This document shows positions 37,661-50,866 of a stretch of DNA of 64,000 bases, piece by piece. Below the pieces are notes generated by a model. The model ran no database searches and was not told the DNA's origin. It saw only the letters and a program-made list of their open reading frames with translations. The translations under genes and the position numbers were made by a program. Numbering within the stretch: the first letter of the stretch is position 1; each line of letters starts with the position of its first letter. Origin of the DNA: Haliotis rubra (Eukaryota); contig NW_025766975.1 in assembly GCF_003918875.1 (NCBI RefSeq), positions 930,684 through 994,683 of the forward strand. The letters run 5' to 3'.

Positions 37661-37812
37661 GGTCGTAAGAGGAGACTAACAGGATCGGGTAGTATGGCTT
37701 CCTCACCTGGTCGTATTCCAATTACGTTGATCATGCTCATGATGTCAGTCACCGGATTGTCTGGTCCAAATTATATTGTTTTTACAGACCGCTGTTATAT
37801 AGCTGGAATTGT
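37661..37812 (+). mobile_element. Truncated family B copy (sense), right arm of the head-to-head pair
   Basis: tcgttggtcgtaagaggagactaacaggatcgggtagtatgg...caccggattgtctggtccaaattatattgtttttacagaccgctgttatatagctggaatt. Confidence 0.55.
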
Positions 37813-38034
37813 GTGGGTAGTCGATGCCTGAGTTTATGATTACATTATTGTAGAGTTTCCGAGTTCACGATGCCACTTATATACATTTCCATGTGTTCGT
37901 TATGACAGTATTGACGTAGTTTATGGCGTCTTATTTCTGCCCTCTTTTTAATGTATACCAGTCTCTGGTAGCAATAATAGTAATAAACAAACGTTTGATG
38001 TATTACTGACCCTGGCAGTGTATTCACTTTGTTA

Positions 38035-39700
38035 TGTATCATCTCTCCTATTGTTATGCATCTCCAACCTTGTGTTATCTCTCCAGTCCAACCCTGTCAT
38101 TGTTTGCCTGATTGTTATGTATATCTCTCCTTATTGTTATCTCCTATTGTTATGTATTATCTCTGCCTGTATTATCTCTCCTATTGTTATGTATTATCTC
38201 TCCTATTGTTATGTATTATCTCTCCTCCTATTGTTATGTATTATCTCTCCTATTGTTATGTATCATCTCTCCTATTGTTATGTATCATATCTCTCCTATT
38301 GTTATTGTATGTATCATCTCCCTATTGTTATGTATTATCTCTCCTATTGTTATGTATCATCTCCTATTGTTATGTATCATCTCTCCTATTGTTATGTATC
38401 ATCTCTCTCTCCTATTGTTATGTATCTCCTATTGTTATTGTTATCTCTCCTATTGTTATGTATCATCTCTCCTATTGTTATGTATCATCTCTCCTATTGT
38501 TATGTATCATCTCTCCTATTGTTTGTATCATCTATCTCTCCTATTGTTATGTATTATTATCTCCTATTGTTATGTATCATCTCTCCCTGTATTGTTATGT
38601 ATCATCTCCTATTGTTATGTATCATCTCTCCTATTATGTATCATCTTATGTATGTATCTCTCCTATTGTTATGTATCATCTCTCCTATTGTTATGTATCA
38701 TCTCTCCTATTGTTATGTATCATCTCTCCTATTGTTATGTATCATCTCTCCTATTGTTATGTATTATCTCTCCTATTGTTATGTATCATCTCTCCTATTG
38801 TTATGTATTATCTCTCCTATTGTTATGTATTATCTCTCCTATTGTTATGTATCATCTCTCCTATTGTTATGTTATCTCTTATTATCATCTCTCCTATTGT
38901 TATGTATCATCTCTCCTATTGTTATTGTTATGTATCTCTCCTATTGTTATGTATCATCTCTCCTATTGTTATGTATTATCTCTATTGTTTGTTATGTATC
39001 ATCTCTATTGTTATGTATCATCTCTCCCTATTATTGTTATGTATGTATCTCTCCTATTATTATGTATCATCTCTCCTATTGTATCATCTCTCCTATTGTT
39101 ATGTATTGTCTCTCCTATTGTTATGTATTATCTCTCCTATTGTTATGTATCATCTCTCCTATTGTTATGTATATTCTTATTGTTATCTCCTCCTATTGTT
39201 ATGTATCATCTCTCCTATTGTTATGTATCATCTCCTATTGTTATGTATCATCTCTCCCTATTGTTATGTATCATCTCTCCTATTGTTATGTATCATCTCC
39301 TATTGTTATGTATCATCTCTCCTATTGTTATGTATCATCTCTCCTATTGTTATGTATCATCTCTCCTATTGTTATGTATTATCTCTCCTAGTTTCTTATG
39401 TATTATCTCCCCTAGTGTTATGTATTCTTTCCCTAGTATTGTGTTTCCCCTCCCCCTTAATGTTGTGTATTTTATGTATTATTTCCCTAATGTTGTGCGT
39501 TCTTCCCTTAGTGTTATGTATTCTTCCCTTAGTGTTATGTATTCTCCCCTTATGGTATGCATTCTAAGCATTTTTCACATACCGTTATGCATTCTTCCCA
39601 TAGTGTATGTATTCTGAGTATTTCCCTCTAGTGTTATGTATGTTCCCCCTAGTGTTGTGTACTCTTTCCCTAGTGTTGTGTATTCTTCCCCTAGTGCTAG
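38035..39700. repeat. Giant minisatellite array 1: 22-bp unit cctattgttatgtatcatctct x ~65, decaying into a cccctagtgttatgtattctt variant at the 3' end
   Basis: Tandem copies read directly. The unit has no stop codon in any forward frame, producing the 450-510 aa artefact ORFs 38018-39617. Confidence 0.95.
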
Positions 39701-40028
39701 AAGGTAGGACAAAAACCCACCCAGACAAAATCCCAGCCTGACAAAATCCCATAGGATTAAATGTCTGCACACTGCGGACAAATCCCAACAGTGTGACAAA
39801 TGAAATACGATTTATTTTGAAATATATAATTTCATTTTTCCTCATAAATAAGCAGTATTGACCATAAGCACATAAGCACATAAGCACTAATAACATAAAA
39901 ATAACGTCATCGACTGGCAAGAATGCTAGTCCATCAAGCCTTTCAACAAAATGTGTTCTGACAATTACAGACTAGACAGGCCAAGCTCCTGTATTTTGCG
40001 CCAGGTGGCCTGTGTCAAATGAAAGAAA

Positions 40029-40297
40029 GACCCGTGAAGATCCGGGATAGAATAGGTCTTTAGCAACCCATGCTTGCCACAAAAGGCGACTATGCTTGTC
40101 GTGAGAGACGACTAACGGGATCGGGTGGTCAGGCTCGCTGACTTGGTTGACACATGTCAATCGGTCCCAATTGCGCAGATCGATGCTCATGCTGTTGATC
40201 ACTGGATTGTCTGAACCAGACTCGATTATTTACAGACTGCCGCCATATAGCTGGAATATTGCTGAGTGCGACGTAATACTAGACTCACTCACTCACT
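40029..40297 (+). mobile_element. SINE family B, full length, perfect 13-bp TSD caaatgaaagaaa (40016-40028 and 40298-40310); sits in the spacer between two giant minisatellite arrays
   Basis: gacccgtgaagatccgggatagaat...gactaacgggatcgggtggtcaggctcgctgacttggttgacacatgtcaatcgg...gatcactggattgtctgaaccagactcgattatttacagactgccgccatatagctggaatattgctgagtgcgacgtaatactagactcactcactcactc. Confidence 0.8.
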
Positions 40298-40671
40298 CAA
40301 ATGAAAGAAACAACCTTGAGTGGTCACTTGCTCTCCAAAGACATAACAGGGTACATTTGCGTCTGCTCCAAATCAGTAACAACAACAGTGGGAATCGGCA
40401 CTGAACCAAGATCATCATATCTATCAGAAACAGCTCTAAGCATTTCTTCACACAAATATGCCTGATAATCAAAACATGCTAATCAGCTTATCTCACTGGC
40501 CTCTGTCACGAAGACATGATAATTTACTTATCTCACTGGGTTCTTGGTGAAAAAGGGTAGCAATAACATATTAAAATGGGATTTTGTCTTATGTTGGCCA
40601 TTTTGGTGTGGGATTTTGTCCAGAGAAATTTTGTTCAATGGGATTTTGTCTGGGTGGGATTTTGTCTGTCC

Positions 40672-43600
40672 CCCCAGTGCTATATATCCTTCCCCTAGTG
40701 TTATGTATTTTCCCCTTGTGTTATGCACTCTTCCTCTATTGCTATATATTCTTCCCCTAGTATTATGTATTTTCTCCCTTATGTTATATATGCTTCCCCA
40801 GTGCTATATATTTTCCCCCTAGTGTTGTTTATTTACTCTGTTGTGTTATGTTCTCTTCCCCTAGTGCTATATATTCTTCCCCTAGTGTTGTTTATTTACT
40901 CTGTTGTGTTATGTACTCTTCCCCTAGTGCTATATATTCTTCCCCTAGTGTTGTTCATTTACTCTGTTGTGTTATGTACTCTTCCCCTAGTGCTATATAT
41001 TCTTCCCCTAGTGTTGTTTATAGTTGTTTATTTACTCTGTTGTGTTATTTCTCTTCCCCTTTTGCTATATATTCTTCCCCTAGTGTTGTTCATTTACTCT
41101 GTTGTGTTATGTACTCTTCCCCTATTGCTATATATATATATTCTTCCCCTAGTGTTGTTTATTTACTCTGTTGTGTGATGTACTCTTCCCCTAGTGCTAT
41201 ATATTCTTCCCCTAGTGTTGTTCATTTACTCTGTTGTGTGATGTACTCTTCCCCTAGTGCTATATACTCTTCCCCCATTGCTATGTATTCTTCCCCTAGT
41301 GTTGTTTATTTACTCTGTTGTGTGATGTACTCTTCCCCTAGTGCTATATATATATTCTTCCCCTAGTGTTGTTCATTTACTCTGTTGTGTGATGTACTCT
41401 TCCCCTATTGCTATATACTCTTCCCCCATTGCTATGTATTCTTCCCCTAGTGTTGTTTATTTACTCTGTTGTGTGATGTACTCTTCCCCTAGTGCTATAT
41501 ACTCTTCCCCTAGTGTTGTATATTTACTCTGTTGTGTGATGTACTCTTCCCCTATTGCTATATACTCTTCCCCCATTGCTATGTATTCTTCCCCTAGTGT
41601 TGTTTATTTACTCTGTTGTGTGATGTACTCTTCCCCTATTGCTATATACTCTTCCCCCATTGCTATGTATTCTTCCCCTAGTGTTGTTTATTTACTCTGT
41701 TGTGTGATGTACTCTTCCCCTATTGCTATATACTCTTCCCTCATTGCTATGTATTCTTCCCCTAGTGTTGTATATTTACTCTGTTGTGTGATGTACTCTT
41801 CCCCTATTGCTATATACTCTTCCCCATTGCTATGTATTCTTCCCCTAGTGTTGTTTATTTACTCTGTTGTGTGATGTACTCTTCCCCTATTGCTATATAC
41901 TCTTCCCCATTGCTATGTATTCTTCCCCTAGTGTTGTATATTTACTCTGTTGTGTGATGTACTCTTCCCCTATTGCTATATATTCTTCCCCTAGTGTTGT
42001 ATATTAACTCTGTTGTGTGATGTACTCTTCCCCTAGTGCTATATACTCTTCCCCCATTGCTATGTATTCTTCCCCTAGTGTTGTTTATTTACTCTGTTGT
42101 GTTATGTACTCTTCCCCTATTGCTATATATTCTTCCCCTAGTGTTGTATATTTACTCTGTTGTGTGACTGTACTCTTCCCCTAGTACTATATATTCTTCC
42201 CCTAGTGTTGTTCATTTACTCTGTTGTGTGATGTACTCTTCCCCTAGTGCTATATATATATTCTTCCCCTAGTGTTGTTTATTTACTCTGTTGTGTGATG
42301 TACTCTGTTGTGTGATGTACTCTCTTCCCCTATTGCTATATACTCTTTCCCCATTGCTCTTCCCCTAGTGCTATATATTCTTCCCCTAGTGTTGTTTATT
42401 TATTTCTGTTGTGTGATGTACTCTTCCCCTATTGCTATATATTCTTCCCCTAGTGTTGTTTATTTACTCTGTTGTGTGATGTCTTCTCATTTCCCCTAGT
42501 GCCCCATATATATATTCTTCCCCTAGTGTTGTTTATTTACTCTGTTGTGTGATGTACTCTTCCCCTAGTGCTATATATTCTTCCCCTAGTGTTGTTTATT
42601 TACTCTGTTGTGTGATGTACTCTTCCCCCATTGCTATATATTCTTCCCCTAGTGTTGTTTATTTACTCTGTTGTGTGATGTACTCTTCCCCTATTGCTAT
42701 ATACTCTTTCCCCATTGCTATGTATTCTTCCCCTAGTGTTGTTTATTTACTCTGTTGTGTGATGTACTCTTCCCCTATTGCTATATATTCTTTCCCCCTA
42801 GTGTGATGTTATATATATTAACCCTAGTGTTGTGTGATGTACTCTTCCCCTAGTTGCTATGTACTCTTCCCCATTGCTATGTATTCTTCCCCTAGTGTTG
42901 TTTATTTACTCTGTTGTGTGACTGTACTCTTCCCCTAGTACTATATATTCTTCCCCTAGTGTTGTTTATTTACTCTGTTGTGTGATGTACTCTTCCCCTA
43001 GTGCTATATATATATTCTTCCCCTAGTGTTGTTCATTTACTCTGTTGTGTGATGTACTCTTCCCCTATTGCTATATACTCTTCCCCCATTGCTATGTATT
43101 CTTCCCCTAGTGTTGTTTATTTACTCTGTTGTGTGATGATGCTATTACTCTTCCCTAGTGCTATATATTCTTCTCCTAGTGTTGTTCATTTTCTTTCCCC
43201 TCTGTTGTGTGATGTACTCTTCCCCTATTGCTATATATTCTTCCCTAGTGTTGTATATTTACTCTGTTATTCTTTATGCCTTTCTGTTATGCATTTCTTT
43301 CCCTAGTGTATGCATTGTATCCTCAGTGTTGTGTATTCTTCCCCTGGTGATATGCGTTCTTAGATAAGGTGTGTTGTATTCATACTCTTTCCCCTAGAGC
43401 TATATATTCTTCCCCTAGTGCATTGTTATATATTCTTCCCTAGTGCTATATATTCTTCCCCTAGTGTGTTAGTGTCGTGTATTTTCTGCTTGTGTTATGT
43501 ACTCTTCCCCTAGTGCTATATATTCTTCGCCTTGTTTTATGTATTTTCTCCCTTGTGTTATGCATTTCTTTCTCTAGCGTTATGCATTGTACCCTCAGTG

Positions 43601-43975
43601 TTGTGTATTCTTCCCCTGGTGATATGCGTTCTTAGATAAGGTGTGTTGTATTCGTCCCCTAGAGCTATATATTCTTCCCCTAGTGCTATATATTCTTCCC
43701 CTAGTGCAATATATTCTTCCCCTAGTGTTGTGTATTTTCTGCTTGTGTTATGTACTCTTCCCCTAGTGCTATATATTCTTCGCCTTGTTTTATGTATTTT
43801 CTCCCTTGTGTTATGCATTTCTTTCTCTAGCGTTATGCATTGTACCCTAAGTGTTGTGTATTCTTCCCCTGGTGCTCTGCATTCGTAAATAAGGTGTGTT
43901 GTATTCTTCCCCTAGTGCTATATAGTCCTTCTGTTCTTCTGTAATGTATTCATTGCCAAGTGTTGTGTACTCTTA
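40672..43975. repeat. Giant minisatellite array 2: ~63-bp compound unit (tcttcccctagtgctatatat + tcttcccctagtgttgtttatttac + tctgttgtgtgatgtac) x ~45, with a ~260-bp higher-order variant duplicated at 43290-43820
   Basis: Direct reading. Shares the cccctagtg(c/t)tat motif with array 1, in the same orientation. Confidence 0.95.
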
Positions 43976-44746
43976 CAGTCATGTTCATTATGCTCTTATA
44001 CTGTAATCCCTTGGGATGAAGATGACAGATATAGCCTTCCGTTAAATTCATGAATGCATATTTTACTGTCCTTCATGGTTCAATTGATAGCATATCATGC
44101 AGTCCCCATGGTTCACTGTGACATTACAGTACATTCCCTTGACACATGATGACATTCGTATATTGTTATCAGTAGCTTTCTGTACGGCAACTAATAATGT
44201 CATAGCAGCGTAGAACATGTAGAATGTTAACCAATATCAATTTCAAACGTCGTGTTTTAAAGGGAATGTTACATAATACGTTATCGCTAAGAGCGTTCAT
44301 AGTGAACAATATCCTTGATATGTAAAGTCATAATTACCCCCAAGGGAACTTGAACAAATAGCATTATTGCCTGTATGGTTATAACGAGGTCATTATCTCG
44401 ACGGACTGTTATATATAACGTCAAAATAACCAATGGAATTGTTATATAATATCATTATTACCTTCAAAGTGATATGAATTACACAGTACCGTTTACAGAG
44501 TGGTCAAATGGAGCATATATTATATTTGGGATTACAGTGTTTCAGTCAAGTAAAGATTCTTGTACCCTTTGGGTTGAATATCATTATTTTCTGAACGGCG
44601 GTTGCTACCGGTAGAGAATCATGCTTACCCTCTTGGCGAACACCTGTAGTCACCGCTGATTTTCAGTGATAATTTTCACAGCTGTTTTAAATTTGATTCT
44701 GGTTATAGTCAGTGTTAGTCTCCCTTCAGACTTCGATGTATGTTCT

Positions 44747-44873
44747 CACGCCGAAGACCCGGGTTCGAATCCCCACATGGGTACAATGTGTGAAGCCCAT
44801 TTCTGGTGTCCCCCGCCGTGATGTTGCTGGAATATTGCTAAAAGCGGCGTAAAACCAAACTCAGTCAGTCAGT
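44747..44873 (+). mobile_element. 5'-truncated SINE family A with perfect 13-bp TSD cgatgtatgttct (44734-44746 and 44874-44886)
   Basis: cacgccgaagacccgggttcgaatccccacatgggtacaatgtgtgaagcccatttctggtgtcccccgccgtgatgttgctggaatattgctaaaagcggcgtaaaaccaaactcagtcagtcagt. Confidence 0.8.
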
Positions 44874-46094
44874 CGATGTATGTTCTGGCAGAACCCCAGA
44901 CTAACGCTCTGAATGCATAATATTTTTAAAGAAACAGATTATTCCATTTACATGTATATTGAAACGGAGCCCCAGTGACTTTGGAGATTTCAGACCCCGA
45001 GGAAATCTAGACTAGCTTCATTTAGGGCTTTGGAATTGCAGAAAGGGCTGAGCGGAGGAAACATGATGCGGTTCAGAGACTGTGAGACAAGCGAACCCCC
45101 GATCCGGAGTTAGGGATTGGTCCTCAATACCCTCTGCTTCTCAAAGCGTCGATTAATGTGGATTGGATGGTCAGGTTGACCTTGTTCATTTTGTGTATGA
45201 TTATACCGTGCCGGTGGAGAAAGGTTGCTCTTAATGTGGTTTGTCTGGACCACGCTCGTCATTCTCATTGTTCGAAAAGATTGTGACTGCCGAGTAAAAT
45301 AACATTGCAATATATGTGTGTGTACATCTTACGAGTCGCGTTCTCCTTCATCGGAGTATGATCCAAATTCACCATCCAATGTCGGGCTTAACTGGGTATC
45401 TCTTATACCTACAATGTGACAGACCATATCAAAATATAGTCCATTTGTAGAAACTGAAAATGTTGAGTCACCAAACAAATTGCCTGATTTATTCCATGTT
45501 TATATGTTATTAGGATTGGCACGCGTTACACTATCAGATGACTGGTTTAGCCGCATTGAACTTCTGTAACGTTATTAACCTTACTTATATACAAACCGAA
45601 GCAAATATAGACTATTAATCACTAACGCGTTTATTGGTTGCTTGTTGTTTGATGCAGTAGTCACAGATAGTCCAGTTGCATGACATCAGTCTGCGAACAA
45701 TCGTGATATCATAGTTTACTCTGACCTATTTTTGTCACCCAGAAACCGACGGGTGCCCTATTTTGTTATTGTGTTTCACTTACTATAATTCAATCATCTA
45801 TATAACAATGCAATACATCAATAACAAGTTTAGAGGGAATGAGTTCCTCAAACAACGTGTAAGTCCCATTTCATTCAAGGGATGGTGTAAATGCAGCTAG
45901 GGTCCATTCAGGTAGCAAAAGCACTGTAAGTCCCCATGGACCCTAGAATGGTGATCTACCTTTAGTTGTTGACGATCTATAGCCCGTTTTTATGTTTTAT
46001 CGTGTATAAAAAAACTTTGTAATCTAAATCTGTGATTGATCATCTCGTTGTTTTTACTGTCCTTCGTTGGCAGGTTTTTATAATTCAACTCATG

Positions 46095-46158
46095 ACTTCT
46101 TGTCATGATATGGCTGAAATATTGCCGATGTGACTTTAGATATTACCTCACTCACTCA
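46095..46158 (+). mobile_element. Fragment with a third head variant (family C) sharing the common SINE tail module
   Basis: tcatgatatggctgaaatattgccgatgtgactttagatattacctcactcactcactc. Same architecture (atat-gctg-aaatattgc...ctcactcactc) as the family A/B tails. Confidence 0.3.
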
Positions 46159-47169
46159 CTCTTCAAACAATGCGTATATTTGCAGTAAGTGTCAGTATTT
46201 ATTATAAATAGACCGATTTGTTCAGCAGATTATTCAGTTATGCACAAATTATTACCTAAACAGATTGAGTTGTTTAGTTACCACACCTATTTACTATTTC
46301 TTCTGTTAATACCCCAAATGATTAACTTGTTCATTTATTAAATAAATACATTGAACAGTTCAGTTACTACACAAACTGACTTAATTGTGGGTTAATACAC
46401 GAACTGAATAAATTTTCAGTTTATACATGAATATACAGAAAATTTAAGATATTACACAAACTGGCCTAATGTGTTGGTGATTTGCCAGACTCACTGAATT
46501 TCGACATTGTAACACAAACACCAACAGCCTGAAAGGAGCTGGGCGTTAGCGCTTCCAAATACTTCGCCATCCTTCTTGCACTGTAAAACAATTAACCATG
46601 CTCTATTTGTAGACTCGCTCTCTTACAATTGTTACTCCTTTCAAACTTGTCATTTTACGGTAAATTAAAACTTGGCAAAACGCATACAGAAATAAAGGGT
46701 AGTAATATATCTTAAAAAACGAAGACATACGTTTTTATGTGTTCCGCCTTAGCGACAGAATTTGAAGACAAGGAATTGACACCTGCTCGGAACTGTCACA
46801 TACATGCAACCAAAAGATCTGTTTTTTACATTTAAAAAAATAAGAACTTAATAGTTTTAGAAAGTTTTCAGGCAATGCCATAGCGATGAATTTTGAAGGG
46901 TGTAATATATTACAGGATATTAGTTTTTGTTCGCGGTGGTTATCTAAACATTACGTCGGGGTAGGCCATTTGTCAAGGGAATATATAAGAACCCTTTCAT
47001 GTGTCATGGAACGTAACGCGTTGTAAATGACATGTGTACTTTGTAGACGTTAATGGTTTGTTATGGGTCGAGAGTGAGTGAATATTGTTTGACGCCGCAC
47101 CAGGAATATGTGCTATTCGCTGCTAGATTGGACTAAATAATACCCCATAGTCTCTCTCACAGACCCCGA

Positions 47170-47414
47170 GACCCGTGAAGGTCCGGGTAAGAATATTGGC
47201 CTTCAGTAACCCATGCTTGTCGTAAGAGGCGACTAACGGGATCGGGTGGTCAGGCTCGCTGGCTTGGTTGACACATGTCATCAATTCCCAGTTGCTTAGA
47301 TCGATGCTCATGCTGTTGATTACTTGATTGTCTGGTTCAGACTCGATTATTTACAGATCGCCACCATATAGCTGGAATATTGCTGAGTGCGGCGTAAAAT
47401 TAGACTCACTCACT
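47170..47414 (+). mobile_element. SINE family B, full length; TSD acagaccccga (47158-47169 and 47415-47426 approx)
   Basis: gacccgtgaaggtccgggtaagaatattggccttcagtaacccatgcttgtcgtaagaggcgactaacgggatcgggtggtcaggctcgctggcttggttgacacatgtcatc...gctggaatattgctgagtgcggcgtaaaattagactcactcactca. Confidence 0.8.
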
Positions 47415-47799
47415 CACAGACCCCGAACCACATTGTTTCTTCTGCCAGCCCATTTTGAAGTGTATACGCTTCATAAAGCAAGTATAGATTTAGGCTACAT
47501 ATTCCACATCACGTGGGCTACTTTTCAGTTTAAATAGAGTTATATGTTTCTTTCAGAATTATATATTTTCAGAGACTAAGCCTTAGTTTTTACATAACCA
47601 ATAGTGGTTTTCAAATCTGTTCTGACTTGTATAGTGGGAAGGTTTATAGGTCCTTGAATCAAATGCAAACAAAAGTACAGCAGTCTAGGCTGTGGTCTTT
47701 TATGCCTCGAAGAAAAGCGATAAATCCCTTTCCATAAGGAATGAATAGGTTACCGGTAGGACGAGATGGTAACGTTACTGTTTACCTTCAAACACCTAA

Positions 47800-47970
47800 G
47801 GGAGCGGTGGGGTAGCTTAGTGGTTAAAGCGTTTGCTCTTCACGCTGAAGACCCGGGTTCGATTCCCCACATGACTGCAATGTGTGAAGCTCATTTCTGG
47901 TCTTCCCCGCCGTAATGTTTGCTGGAATATTGCTAAAAGCGGCGTAAAACCATACTCACTCACTCACTCT
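47800..47970 (+). mobile_element. SINE family A, full length, TSD aacacctaa (47791-47799 and 47971-47979)
   Basis: gggagcggtggggtagcttagtggttaaagcgtttgctcttcacgctgaagacccgggttcgattccccacatgactgcaatgtgtgaagctcatttctgg...gctaaaagcggcgtaaaaccatactcactcactcactc. Confidence 0.85.
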
Positions 47971-50751
47971 AACACCTAAACAGCTTGATGTGTTTACTTC
48001 CCATGGAGCTGAGAAATAAATCATGCACACTGTTTCTTTGACCGGGATAATAATGTAGCGAAATAGACAGACAGACAGTTTTATTTCAGTATATAAGGCC
48101 ATTGCCCATTTTACAGAATAATATTACATTTTATTTGATGCGGGTAAAACCAGTAACAATCATACATTATTGCCTTTGAAAGCTATGGAACCATTTTTGC
48201 ACAATGTACAGGCATAATATATCCTTCTAAAGAAAAAGTAGCAATACTTATCAAAACATCATCCTTAGATGACGCAAGTCTAACAAAACTATCCTTACAC
48301 GGGTTACCAATATATAGGTATGGTGGAAAACATTCTATCTTATGCATCTTTTAAACATTGACAATTAAATGGTATTCCTCTTCAACTACTAGTATAGCAA
48401 TATAAACAGAGTCTATTACAGTACAGTGTATTATGCCTCCCTGTTACAGTTGGCGGTTGGAAGCTATTATATCTGGACTAGCTTAAAACATGTTTATAAT
48501 ACTGTAGAATATATCTAAGGAAATATATCTTTCAATTTGCACAAGTGTCAAAGAAGAATTCAATATGAGTGGAATTTGCCACCTTATATATGGACAGAAA
48601 TCAATTCCTGTAATTCCTCAATTATTTTGATAAATGCTTTTTTGCTGAATCCTAATCATCTAATATTTCAGAAGACGTTCAAATATAACAATGTATGCAA
48701 TTAATGTCATGTAATGTTTAAACAATCGTAGAAATAAAATCTATATTGCATATGCGTACCAATTCATGCATAAAAAACCGATCTCTGCACTTGACTTTAA
48801 TCTGTGATGCATTAGGTCCGGTAAAGAAAACTGATATATCTACATTCTTTCAAAAGGGTAGAATATATGCTTTCAACTAAGACCGTTGTGTGGTTTGTCA
48901 ACACTGTATCTTTACAAACGTTTGAAAACCTATTTCCAGACCGCACATTTCTTCACTTCTCTTCAATAAATTAAAATAAAATAAATAAAAATAAATGTTG
49001 GCTATTTGCTGTAGCATAGTATCAAATTTTCACAAAACTTTAAAACACACTCAGAGTAATAAGTACCAGGTCATCCACATTAAAACGTAATTACTTCTTA
49101 AACCTAATTATGACGATAGGAACTGTATTGACATACAGACAGATCTGTCTTCCACACGTGTTCACTCGAAACGAAATTGAATCATAGCACCCATAAAGAA
49201 CGAAAAAAGGTATTAATAAGTTCAAATATATTAAGTATAGTATTCATAAATCCTATGGGAATCAATATACTTTTTCAGCCAGTACAGGTAAAGAAATAAC
49301 TTTAAAAATACATTTTAAGATTCAAATGTACTTCAGATTACAAGTGTTAATGAATCCAGTCTTCAACGTGCCGATACGAATGAAGAAATAGATGTTAGCT
49401 GAGTAGTTTTACAGTGTTGGGAAAGATCATCTAGAACGATTCATATGTACAGATGAAGTAAGAAATACACAAATTGGGTAATATATATGAACGCTATGAA
49501 CTGATGTCAATGTTTTTTGTAATAAAGAGATTTCAAGCACTTATGACAGTCTCAAGGGTCAGCTAGCTACGCACCTTCCGAACTCACTGAGATTGGTTAC
49601 TCATTTGTCTCTTTTTGTGAAAATGTACTATTTCCGTTTTAGCTAATCTCATACCAGCACGTGACAGGTTTTGCATATATTTTTTCTGAATCCTTGAAAT
49701 ACCTGCACTTAGTGTGTATATGAATATAAGAATCTTAGTACAACGTAGTCGCTTAATAGAGGTTAGAACTCCTGCAATATCTATTTATTAACTTGAATTT
49801 TGTCTGTGACATACAAGGTGCGGTCAAGAAAACTAATATATCTACATTCTTACAGAAGGGAAGAATGCTTTTAACTAAAACCAATGTGTGTTCATGTTAA
49901 ATATTGACAACGCAACTGGCAGTTAATTCAACACTGCATCCCTACAAACGTTTAAAAGCCTATTTCCAGACCAAATAGTCCCAAACGTTCTTTTCATATT
50001 TTGTCAAACTTTACTCTGCCGAGCTACACGGGTTATGAATCTAAACCCTAAGAAAATACGCGCTTGGAACCTCACAGAGCCACACTCATGTTTTATGTGT
50101 TTTCGCTCTGAATATCATCGATGTTTCACGCAATTTAATGGCCTTTCCACCGATTCCTCATTTTAGTAAAAACCTCCTAAAGTAACGATTACTCTCGAAG
50201 CGTGGTAGTCGAGAGTGTTAAACCCATAACCCGGGATAATTCTTTCCGCGTCAAATTTGATGTCATATTCAAAGCCGTACCACCTCAGGCAGCCTTTCTT
50301 TCATTTTCTCCTTACTTTCACAAGAAATATATTCCGCATGATGTATTAGGTGGGAGTGCTTGTATGGGTTATTCCTCAAAGAACCATTTGACGTTCTTGT
50401 ACACAAAATGTCAAAATATTTCTGATGTTTATCGGATATGTAAGTTAACTCCCCGTAGGAATTTAATGATTTGGGGGACTTTTTACTACCTGCTTCATTT
50501 GTTTTTTAACACACATGAATTTTAAATAACAACAAATTCGAGTATTAAGTTTATAGGATAATACATAAAGAATCTTACTATATCTGAAAATGAAAAAGTC
50601 GTACTCTTTAAGTTGCATTCCGCTGGGATGCAGAAAAAAGAATTATCCTCGGTATATTATTGTCGTTAGGACAGGATAAAGGGGATCAGGTGGTAGGGTT
50701 ATCTTATTTTGGGGATTGAGTGTCAACGTTCTCAAATGGGGTGTTGTTCAT

Positions 50752-50866
50752 AATCTCAATCACTGGTTTGTAAGATTTGTTCACATTTTGAGTTTGGTCT
50801 CGTCTCGCCTCTTACAGCAAGCATGGGTTGCTGAAGACCAATTCTAACTCGGATCTTCAGGGGTCG
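50752..50866 (-). mobile_element. Partial family B copy (3' body, antisense)
   Basis: cactggtttgtaagatttg...cgcctcttacagcaagcatgggttgctgaagaccaattctaactcggatcttcaggggtcgac. Confidence 0.4.

Noticed and set aside
38018-39617. Three overlapping 450-510 aa + strand ORFs (LLLCIISPIVMYHLSYCYVSS... repeats)
   Set aside because: They are translations of a 22-bp tandem repeat that has no stop codon in any forward frame. The periodic amino-acid pattern rotates through all three frames. No start context or splice signals, and no protein similarity.
40723-43367. Multiple 60-180 aa ORFs (YSSPSVVYLLCCVMYSSPIAIY... repeats)
   Set aside because: Same artefact, from the 63-bp minisatellite unit (a multiple of 3, so one frame repeats exactly).
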